Positions 15,271 to 22,482 of a stretch of 64,000 bases of DNA are shown here, piece by piece. The stretch is from Candidatus Omnitrophota bacterium (GTDB taxonomy: Bacteria; Omnitrophota; Gorgyraeia; Zapsychrales; Fredricksoniimonadaceae). The stretch covers positions 30,905 to 94,904 of the forward strand of contig JBAXRK010000004.1 in NCBI GenBank assembly GCA_037131245.1, read 5' to 3'. The position numbers and the translations under genes are program-made. The notes under the pieces are model-generated. The model had not been told where the DNA came from. It made no database searches and worked only from the letters and a program-made list of their open reading frames with translations. Positions within the stretch are counted from its first letter, which is position 1. Each line of letters starts with the position of its first letter.

Positions 15271-16542
15271 ATGATGAAAAAATTAATGTTAGCAGTGGCG
15301 ATGGTGGCGCTGGTTGCGGCCCCGTCTTTTGCTGCCGTACAGAACGTGAAAGTTGGCGGGGATATCGTTACGACCTCCGCTATTCGTAGTGGTTTTGACC
15401 TGGGGAGCAGTCTTCCTGATTCTCAGCGAATCAACGAAGTTCTCGCTCAGACACGCGTTAATGTTAGCGCGGATCTGACTGACAATGTGTCCACCATGGT
15501 CACCTTGCAGAATGAGAACCTCTGGGGTACGAACAGTACGTACAACAGCAATGTTGTGCTTTCGACTGCCTACGTCACGATGAAGGAGTTTCTGTATGCT
15601 CCTTTGACCTTGACGGTTGGTCGTCAGCCGTTGGCTTATGGTAACAAGTTGATCATCGGTAACAGTGGTTATGGCGCTTATGATGGTATCGTGAGCGACC
15701 TGACGTATGCGACGGGTTTTGATGCGATCAAAGCGGTGTTGGCTTATGAGCCGCTCACGATCGACATCTTCGCTTCCCGTATTGCCAATGGTGTTGATGC
15801 TGGTTTTTCGAACAATACTCACAACAATACCAACCTCTTCGGCGTCAATGCTAATTATAAGCTTGGCGACAAGATGAGCACGGTTGTTGAAGCGTATGCG
15901 TTCGCTAACGTCAACGATAACACGACCAACAGCACGTCACGTGCTACCTACGTTCCTGGTCTGCGCGTGAGCACCAATCCCATCGAGGGCTTGAATGTTC
16001 AGTTGGAAGGCGCTTACCAGCTCGGCAGAGTTGCCGGCGGTGGTGTTTCTACCATCAACGATAACCGCAATGCGTTCGCTATTCAGGGCGGGTTGAACTA
16101 TGCTCTTCCTGTCATGAAGGATCTGAAGCCTGTTTTGGGCGCTCAGTATACCTACCTCTCTGGCCTGTCACGTGCTGACGTTCTTGCCGGTGGTGCGAAT
16201 GGTAAGCAGTGGAATCCGTTGTATCAGGATCAGAACGCTGGTCGTATTTTCTACGCTCTTGGTTTTGACAGCGGCGTTCAGCGTTTGGCTCTTAGCGCGA
16301 CGGTTAATCCGATGAAGGATGTTACTGCTGCGGCTTCGTTGACGCCTGTTTGGGACGTTACCAAATCTGGTAACAACAACAGCCGTTATGAAGGTTCTGA
16401 GGCTGACCTCGATGTTACCTATGCTTATACCGAAGATGTTAAGTTCGGCGTGAGTGCGGGTTATTGGATGACGGGAAAAGCGGCCAATCAGGGTACGCAG
16501 AACGCCAGCCAGCTCCTCTCGAGCGTGAGCGTGTTGTTCTAA
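15271..16542 (+). CDS. outer-membrane beta-barrel porin-like protein
   Basis: GGAGG RBS, then MMKKLMLAVAMVALVAAPSFA signal peptide. Alternating beta-strand pattern, Asn/Gly/Thr-rich loops, and a C-terminal aromatic residue (VSVLF). I prefer this start to the track start 15160. Confidence 0.75.
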   Translation: MMKKLMLAVAMVALVAAPSFAAVQNVKVGGDIVTTSAIRSGFDLGSSLPDSQRINEVLAQTRVNVSADLTDNVSTMVTLQNENLWGTNSTYNSNVVLSTAYVTMKEFLYAPLTLTVGRQPLAYGNKLIIGNSGYGAYDGIVSDLTYATGFDAIKAVLAYEPLTIDIFASRIANGVDAGFSNNTHNNTNLFGVNANYKLGDKMSTVVEAYAFANVNDNTTNSTSRATYVPGLRVSTNPIEGLNVQLEGAYQLGRVAGGGVSTINDNRNAFAIQGGLNYALPVMKDLKPVLGAQYTYLSGLSRADVLAGGANGKQWNPLYQDQNAGRIFYALGFDSGVQRLALSATVNPMKDVTAAASLTPVWDVTKSGNNNSRYEGSEADLDVTYAYTEDVKFGVSAGYWMTGKAANQGTQNASQLLSSVSVLF

Positions 16543-16566
16543 TAATCAGTAAAGTCTGACGAATAC

Positions 16567-16601
16567 AAAAGCCCTGGTGGAAACACCAGGGCTTTTCTTT
16601 T
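16567..16601 (+). terminator. intrinsic terminator after the porin gene
   Basis: AAAAGCCCTGGTG-GAAA-CACCAGGGCTTTT, followed by CTTTT. Confidence 0.85.
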
Positions 16602-16747
16602 GACTCCTGTTTTTCCACTTTAATTCATCTCTCGTCGAGACCGCTTTTAGGAAACATCAAAATAATTCAGATATTATTTTGAATTTTGTTTTTATCCTAT
16701 ATTATTAAATTAACTTCTCTTAGACATCGACGTCCCGGGGTTTTGTT

Positions 16748-17359
16748 ATGGCCAGGGGATCACCGAAAGATATATCAGCAGGCAGCATGACGCGCGACGA
16801 AATTTACGATCATTTAGCAAGCGTTTACCTCGACAAACGGGCCAAGGTCGAGGTGAAAAAAACGAAAACCCCGTCGGCGTGGTTGGCGATCAATATCGTC
16901 CTGACCGCGCTGATATTAACCAGCGTGGTGTTCGGGCTTACTGCTTTTCTGACGCGCCACGACGATCTTTTAAAAAGCCGCGTGATCTACGCGCTGAACA
17001 ATTCACCGATCCGCCTCACGTATAATGTCGGCGAGGGTTACCCTCAGGCGAAGGATCTCACGATCCCTTTGCCGTCGGTGGACGCGGCGAAATACAGCCG
17101 GCTTAATTTGACGCTCAAGGCGGCCGGCGCCGGCGGGCCAGGCATGCTCAAGATCGTGCTGTCGAACGCCAAGGACGAACACGCGTCGTATTATTTGCAG
17201 GGCATTAAATCGAAGTGGCAGGATTATTCGATCAGTTTCGACCAGCTCGACCTGACTGATTGGAAATCGCTAAAAGCGATTTCCTTCGTGATAGAAGCTT
17301 GGAACGCGCAAAAGGCCGACGGTACGGTCTTTATTGATAACATCAGTTTTTCAAACTAA
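16748..17359 (+). CDS. single-pass membrane protein with a C-terminal beta-sandwich / carbohydrate-binding-module-like domain
   Basis: TM helix AWLAINIVLTALILTSVVFGLTAFL. The C-terminal end (WKSLKAISFVIEAWNAQKADGTVFIDNISFSN) resembles CBM/CIA30-type domains. Assigned by eye only. Confidence 0.6.
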   Translation: MARGSPKDISAGSMTRDEIYDHLASVYLDKRAKVEVKKTKTPSAWLAINIVLTALILTSVVFGLTAFLTRHDDLLKSRVIYALNNSPIRLTYNVGEGYPQAKDLTIPLPSVDAAKYSRLNLTLKAAGAGGPGMLKIVLSNAKDEHASYYLQGIKSKWQDYSISFDQLDLTDWKSLKAISFVIEAWNAQKADGTVFIDNISFSN

Positions 17360-17380
17360 AAGAAAGAGCGGGGACGTAAA

Positions 17381-18541
17381 ATGAAGATCATCTCTATAGC
17401 CAACCAGAAAGGCGGTTGCGGTAAAACGACAACAGCGATCAATCTTGTCGCGGCTTTTTGCGCGAACGGGCAGCGCACGCTGTTATTGGATCTTGACCCC
17501 CAGGCTCACGCGACGCTCGGCCTCAATCGCGACGACCGTCATAGTGTTTACAATGTTATTTCGCGCATCACGCCGCGCAAGATGGCTTTCAAGGACATCA
17601 TCCAGAAGGTACAAAAGAATTTTGATATCGTGCCCTCCAATGTCCTCGTCGGGACGCTCGAGCAGGAACTGGCCGAGGAGATCGGCCGCGAGATGAAGTT
17701 GGTGGAAGTGATCGCGACCATTAAGAATGATTATGATTACGTGATCATCGATTGCCCGCCGAGCCTTGGTTTCCTGACGGTCAACGCCTTACGCGCCAGC
17801 GACGAGGTTATTATTCCCGTCGAGGCCAGCCGTTTCTCGGTGCAGGGGGTGGATCATTTAATGGATATTATCAATTTGATCCGCGAGCGCCTGAATCATC
17901 AGATCGTGCCGCGGGTGCTGGTGACGATGTTCGATTCGCGCCTGCGCCATTCGTTCTCGATGCTCGACAAGATCCGCGTGAAGTTCAGTGATATGCTGCT
18001 GGGCACGATCGTCCACACGAATGTTAAGCTCAAGGAAAGTGTGGTTGAAGGCCAGACCGTTTTCGGGTTCGACAAATACTGCCGGGGCGCCAAGGATTAT
18101 TATTCTCTGTCTAAGGAACTTCTGGCCATGGATAAGGTGCCTCTGGCCGATACGTATGTTGTTGAAGCGGCTGTTAAAGTTCTTAAGGCCGCGCCGCCCG
18201 CGCCCGTAGCGCCAGCGCCGGTCGTTGAATTTTCCAAAAGGATGCAGGAGGTGGTTGCCCGCGAGCTGGAGGCCATGGCTGAGACCACGTTCACGTTATA
18301 CGCGCCTGAAGCGCAGTCGGTCTACGTGGCCGGTTCTTTCAATGATTGGGCCCTTAACGGGTTTTGCCGTATGAACAAAGAGAACGGCTTGTGGAATATC
18401 CGCCTGCCGCTTGATCCGGGGGTGTATCAGTATCAGTTCGTTGTTGACGGGCGCTGGCAGGCCGATCCGGTCAACGAACAGAAAGAGCCGAATGGATTCG
18501 GTGATGTTAACTCTGTCGTGAAAGTCGGGGCTAATGGATAA
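17381..18541 (+). CDS. ParA/MinD-family ATPase fused to a C-terminal AMPK-beta/CBM48-like glycan-binding domain
   Basis: Deviant Walker A NQKGGCGKTTTAINL and DCPPSLG. A Pro/Ala linker (AAPPAPVAPAPVV) follows. Then VYVAGSFNDW...GVYQYQFVVDGRWQADP...GDVNSVVKV, closely paralleling the AMPK-beta GBD pattern VYLSGSFNNW...HQYKFFVDGQWTHDP. Confidence 0.85.
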   Translation: MKIISIANQKGGCGKTTTAINLVAAFCANGQRTLLLDLDPQAHATLGLNRDDRHSVYNVISRITPRKMAFKDIIQKVQKNFDIVPSNVLVGTLEQELAEEIGREMKLVEVIATIKNDYDYVIIDCPPSLGFLTVNALRASDEVIIPVEASRFSVQGVDHLMDIINLIRERLNHQIVPRVLVTMFDSRLRHSFSMLDKIRVKFSDMLLGTIVHTNVKLKESVVEGQTVFGFDKYCRGAKDYYSLSKELLAMDKVPLADTYVVEAAVKVLKAAPPAPVAPAPVVEFSKRMQEVVARELEAMAETTFTLYAPEAQSVYVAGSFNDWALNGFCRMNKENGLWNIRLPLDPGVYQYQFVVDGRWQADPVNEQKEPNGFGDVNSVVKVGANG

Positions 18542-18827
18542 AGAACCGAAACTCTATGCTTTGCTGGCGTATTGTTCTTTGCTCTGCCTGGTACCGCTTT
18601 TAAAGATGAAAGATGATGAGTTCCTGCTTTTTCACGGCCGCCAGGGGTTGGCACTGTTTTTGTGCGAGACGGCTGTTTTTGTAGCCAGCATCCTTGTGCC
18701 GCTACTCATGAAACCGTTTCTCTTTATTTTCGGTGTTTTCTCGCTGTGGGGGATGTTCAAGGCTCTTCAGGGAGAAAAGTTTAAACTCCCCTTTATCTAT
18801 CCTTTGTCCGAGCGATTGGTTTTATAG
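18534..18827 (+). CDS. small 3-TM membrane protein (DUF4870/Tic20-like by recollection)
   Basis: Overlaps the parA-like stop by 8 nt. LAYCSLLCLVPLL...FLLFHGRQGLALFL pattern. Confidence 0.6.
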   Translation: MDKEPKLYALLAYCSLLCLVPLLKMKDDEFLLFHGRQGLALFLCETAVFVASILVPLLMKPFLFIFGVFSLWGMFKALQGEKFKLPFIYPLSERLVL

Positions 18828-18869
18828 CCCGTTTGTGTTATATTTGAGTCAAAGGGCGAAAGGGTTCCT

Positions 18870-19064
18870 ATGGACGCATTCCTGATGAAAAAACGCTCCG
18901 GCCAAACGACGATCGAGTATATCCTGCTGGTAACGGCGGTTTTGATCGTTGGTATCGCTTTTGCCGCGAAGAACGGGCCTTTGGCGCAAGGCGTCAATAA
19001 GACGCTTAAGATGCCCATGACATCTTTAAGTTCCAGCGGTTTAATGTTCAATCAGGTTAATTGA
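18870..19064 (+). CDS. small Flp/class-III-signal-peptide pilin-like protein
   Basis: MKKRSG|QTTIEYILLVTAVLIVGIAFA, i.e. the G/xxxxEY prepilin motif plus a hydrophobic helix. Alternative start ATG 18885. Confidence 0.55.
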   Translation: MDAFLMKKRSGQTTIEYILLVTAVLIVGIAFAAKNGPLAQGVNKTLKMPMTSLSSSGLMFNQVN

Positions 19065-19068
19065 TCGC

Positions 19069-19299
19069 TTAGCGTTTGAGGCGTTCCATCCGGCTTTTCA
19101 AATCATCCATCATGCGGCGTTGACGTTCGGCTGTATTTTCGGCTTTTTCGGAGGCTTCTTCCCGGGTGGATGTGCCGTGGTAGGCGCTTTCGGCCGGGTT
19201 ATTGACGAATTGATGCGAAGTGAATTTCATGAAGGCACTGCCAAGGGCCGCGGCCAGGGCGATACAAACACCGACAGTGACAAACGTGTGGTAACTCAT
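19069..19299 (-). CDS. small membrane-anchored coiled-coil protein, unknown function
   Basis: N-terminal TM helix (TFVTVGVCIALAAALGSAF) followed by a charged helical tail (EEASEKAENTAERQRRMMDDLKSRMERLKR). Confidence 0.5.
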   Translation of the reverse strand: MSYHTFVTVGVCIALAAALGSAFMKFTSHQFVNNPAESAYHGTSTREEASEKAENTAERQRRMMDDLKSRMERLKR

Positions 19300-19352
19300 G
19301 GTCAGAGTATATCCGGTATTTTTTTATTGGACAAACATTTTTTTATTTTTGA

Positions 19353-19871
19353 ATGATGCTTAAAGCAAATCCCGCCGTTATTATTCTCATGGTCTTTCTT
19401 TCCTTGGATAGCGGCTCTTCTTTTGCCCAGAAAACAGAGGTTGCTCCTGACGGTATCGAGGTTTATATGGGCGGCCGGAAGTTCCAGTCCCTTGGAGATT
19501 ATCAGAAAAAAAGGGAGCTCGATGCGGTGGTTATATCTCCCGGCACTACCACGGACCCTGTTTTTGGCAAAACGCTCATTATCAGTTCCGAAGGAACGGT
19601 TATTTCTACTTCGATGACCCTTGACGGGGGTAAAACCATCGATGTGAAGGTTCCGGGCCGGGTGGCGGGCATTGAGCCTTCTTTTCGGCAGGTGACGAAA
19701 GATTTTGACGCGAATGCCGGTACGAAGGGTGTTAAACCCCAGACGGTCTCGTCACCGGAAGATTTCGATGAGCAATTGAGGAAGAAGCTCCGTGAGCACC
19801 ACCGGCCGGTATTATTGATATCGGATAAGAAGCGGGTGCGGGTGTTAGAGCTTGATCACAATATTTATTAG
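19353..19871 (+). CDS. secreted protein, unknown function
   Basis: Signal peptide (VIILMVFLSLDSGSSFA|Q). No recognisable motif. Confidence 0.55.
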   Translation: MMLKANPAVIILMVFLSLDSGSSFAQKTEVAPDGIEVYMGGRKFQSLGDYQKKRELDAVVISPGTTTDPVFGKTLIISSEGTVISTSMTLDGGKTIDVKVPGRVAGIEPSFRQVTKDFDANAGTKGVKPQTVSSPEDFDEQLRKKLREHHRPVLLISDKKRVRVLELDHNIY

Positions 19872-19893
19872 GAGCCGGGTTATTGGTTTAGCC

Positions 19894-19922
19894 TTGACTT
19901 GAGGTGGGACGGATAGTATAAT
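19894..19922 (+). promoter_or_regulatory. consensus-like sigma70 promoter for rpsO-pnp (TTGACT-17-TATAAT)
   Basis: TTGACT at 19894-19899, 17-nt spacer, TATAAT at 19917-19922. Confidence 0.65.
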
Positions 19923-19982
19923 CACGAACTAATTTAGGTAAAGGCAAAAGCGAGTATTAATTCTTAAAGGGAGGAAGCACCG

Positions 19983-20249
19983 TTGTTAGTCAAAGAGAAG
20001 AAATCCGAGGTTATAAGCAATTTTAAAGTTCACGCCAAGGACACCGGGTCTCCCGTCGTCCAGGTAGCGCTCCTTACCGAGCGGATCAACGATCTTAACG
20101 GTCATTTCAAGTCCCACAAGAAGGATTATCATTCCCGCCGTGGGCTGCTTCTGATGATCGGCCAGCGCCGTCGTTTGCTGGCGTATCTCAAGAAGACCGA
20201 CCTTAAAAAGTATGAAGAGACCATTAATAAATTAGGGTTGCGTAAATAA
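19983..20249 (+). CDS. rpsO: 30S ribosomal protein S15
   Basis: [52 protein letters not shown] start with a GGGAGG RBS. Confidence 0.95.
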   Translation: MLVKEKKSEVISNFKVHAKDTGSPVVQVALLTERINDLNGHFKSHKKDYHSRRGLLLMIGQRRRLLAYLKKTDLKKYEETINKLGLRK

Positions 20250-20268
20250 CCCGGAAGGCTGTTAAAAG

Positions 20269-22380
20269 ATGAGCACGACACGCGTTGAAGTTCCGTATGG
20301 TGATAATACTCTGGTCATCGAGACCGGGAAGATGGCAAAGCAGGCCGCGGGTTCCGTGGTTGTTCGCTGCGGCGACACGATGGTGCTGGTGGCCGCGTGT
20401 ATGGCCAAGCATATTCGTGACGGCATTGATTTCTTTCCGCTGACCGTTGAATATCAGGAGAAGACTTATGCCGCTGGACGGATCCCTGGTGGTTTCTTTA
20501 AGCGCGAAGGCCGTTCGACGGAAAAAGAGATCCTGACCTCCCGTTTGATCGACCGCCCGCTTCGCCCGCTGTTCCCCGAGGGGCTTAAGAATGAAGTGCA
20601 GATCATTGCCACCGTCCTGTCAGCGGACGACAAGTACGATCCCGACGTGCTCTCTATCATCGGCGCCTCAGCGGCGTTGATGGTTTCCGACATTCCTTTT
20701 GATGGCCCTATCAGCGCGGTGCGCGTCGGTTCTGTTGACGGGCAGCTGGTCATTAATCCTACCTATGAACAGCGCAAGGATTCCGAGCTTGATTTTATTA
20801 TCGCCGGCGATGCCGAAGGTATTGTGATGGTCGAGGGCGAGGGGTTTGAAATTCCCGAAGCGCGTATCAAGGAAGTTTTTGCTTTCGCGCATCAGGCCAT
20901 GCAGGCTTCGCGCGAGATCCAGAAAGAATTGCACAAGAAGGCCGGCAAGGCCAAGGTTGAGGTTAAGATCGCGGCGCTGCCGCCGGCGTTTGTCGCCAAG
21001 GTCCGCAGCCTGGGTATGGCCCGTCTTACCGAGATCTTTAACGGCATCACGGACAAAAAAGAGCGCGAGAACAAAGGCAATGACCTTTTTGCTTCCCTGA
21101 CCGCCGATTTGGCTGTTTACGCGGAGTTCAAGAAGGGCGAAGCCGCGGTTACGGCGAAAGATGTTGCCGCCGTGTTCGAGGTCATGCAGTACGAGCTGAT
21201 CCGCGAAAAAGTATTTAACAAGAGCATCCGTGTTGACGGCCGTGGTCTTAACGAGATACGGGCTATCAGTTCCGAAGCGGGCGTTATGCCCCGTACGCAT
21301 GGTTCCGCGCTTTTTACGCGTGGACAGACCCAGGGCCTTGGCGTTGTCACGCTCGGGACGAAGGTTGATGAGCAGTTGATGGAATCGCTTGATGGCGTTA
21401 CGTACCGTAACTTCATGTTGCATTATAATTTCCCGCCTTTCTCGGTGGGCGAGACCAAGCCAATGCGTGGTCCTGGTCGTCGTGAGATCGGTCACGGTAA
21501 TCTGGCGCATCGCGCGCTGAAGGCTGTAATGCCTGATCCGGAAGACTTTCCTTATACCGTTCGTTTGGTCTCCGAGATCCTTGAGTCCAACGGGTCGTCG
21601 AGTATGGCTACCGTCTGCGCCGGTTCGCTGGCGATGATGGATGCCGGCGTTCCTTTGCTGGCTCCGGTCGCGGGTATTTCCATCGGCCTTATTTCCGATG
21701 AGAAGCGCTCGGTCCTGATCACGGACATTCAGGGCATGGAGGATCATTTCGGCGATATGGATTTTAAGGTTGCCGGTTCGCTTAAAGGCGTGACCGCGAT
21801 CCAGCTTGATCTTAAGATCCGCCATATTTCGGTGGAACTCCTGGGCAAGGCTGTTGATCAGGCGACGGAAGGCCGCAAGCATATCCTGGGGCTGATGGAC
21901 CAGACGCTCAAGACACATCGCCTTACTCTTTCTGAGTATGCGCCGCGTATCGCGACCATCCAGATTCCGCAGGATCGTATCGGCGAGGTTATTGGACCCG
22001 GTGGTAAAACGATCCGCATGATCATCGAGATGACCGGCGCGACCGCGATCGATATTGATGATGACGGTAAGGCGTTCGTTTCCGCGCCTAACCAGACGTC
22101 CCTGGACAAAGTGACGAAGTACCTCTCGTCGCTTCTGCAGGAACCCGAAGTGGGCCAGGTTTATGAAGCTACGGTCGTCAAAATGATGGCGTTCGGCGCT
22201 TTTTGCGAGTTCATGCCCGGCAAGGAAGGTCTTTGCCACGTTTCAGAGTTGTCGGACAAGTACGTGAAGGACCCTAACGAGATCGTCAAGGTTGGCGATA
22301 CCTTCAAGGTCCTCCTTAAAGAGGTCGACGACAAGGGCCGTTACAACTTGAGCCGTAAGAAAGTTCCCGCGAATTCCTAA
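20269..22380 (+). CDS. pnp: polyribonucleotide nucleotidyltransferase (PNPase)
   Basis: Two RNase PH domains (RPLRPLFP, GRREIGHGNLAHRAL), a KH domain (IGEVIGPGGKTIR) and an S1 domain (GLCHVSEL). Confidence 0.97.
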   Translation: MSTTRVEVPYGDNTLVIETGKMAKQAAGSVVVRCGDTMVLVAACMAKHIRDGIDFFPLTVEYQEKTYAAGRIPGGFFKREGRSTEKEILTSRLIDRPLRPLFPEGLKNEVQIIATVLSADDKYDPDVLSIIGASAALMVSDIPFDGPISAVRVGSVDGQLVINPTYEQRKDSELDFIIAGDAEGIVMVEGEGFEIPEARIKEVFAFAHQAMQASREIQKELHKKAGKAKVEVKIAALPPAFVAKVRSLGMARLTEIFNGITDKKERENKGNDLFASLTADLAVYAEFKKGEAAVTAKDVAAVFEVMQYELIREKVFNKSIRVDGRGLNEIRAISSEAGVMPRTHGSALFTRGQTQGLGVVTLGTKVDEQLMESLDGVTYRNFMLHYNFPPFSVGETKPMRGPGRREIGHGNLAHRALKAVMPDPEDFPYTVRLVSEILESNGSSSMATVCAGSLAMMDAGVPLLAPVAGISIGLISDEKRSVLITDIQGMEDHFGDMDFKVAGSLKGVTAIQLDLKIRHISVELLGKAVDQATEGRKHILGLMDQTLKTHRLTLSEYAPRIATIQIPQDRIGEVIGPGGKTIRMIIEMTGATAIDIDDDGKAFVSAPNQTSLDKVTKYLSSLLQEPEVGQVYEATVVKMMAFGAFCEFMPGKEGLCHVSELSDKYVKDPNEIVKVGDTFKVLLKEVDDKGRYNLSRKKVPANS

Positions 22381-22418
22381 AGTTTCGCATGAACGATAAA
22401 GCCTAAGAAATCACACAA

Positions 22419-22456
22419 AGAGGGAATGATCATCGGGTCATTCTCTCTTTTTGTTT
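22419..22456 (+). terminator. intrinsic terminator after pnp
   Basis: AGAGGGAATGATC / GGTCATTCTCTCT stem with two G-U pairs, followed by TTTTGTTT. Confidence 0.75.
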
Positions 22457-22482
22457 AGCTGCTTAAAGATCAAGGGATTTAA

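Noticed and set aside
16690-16720. dif-like sequence (TATATTATTAAAT) in the AT-rich spacer upstream of 16748
   Set aside because: Only the central or right-arm-like AT stretch resembles dif. There is no XerC-arm match and the spacing is wrong. It is more likely promoter-region AT richness.
14857-19900. tRNA-Arg-adjacent genomic island hypothesis for the porin, ParA-fusion and pilin-like region
   Set aside because: There is no integrase. I found no direct repeat of the tRNA 3' end downstream, only an 8-nt CGGGGACG match at 17369. I could not quantify any compositional break by eye.
20668-22239. 523-aa ORF antisense to pnp
   Set aside because: It lies entirely within the unambiguous PNPase gene on the opposite strand. 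Its composition is Arg/Leu/His-rich and low in complexity, as expected for a shadow ORF, and it has no recognisable motifs.
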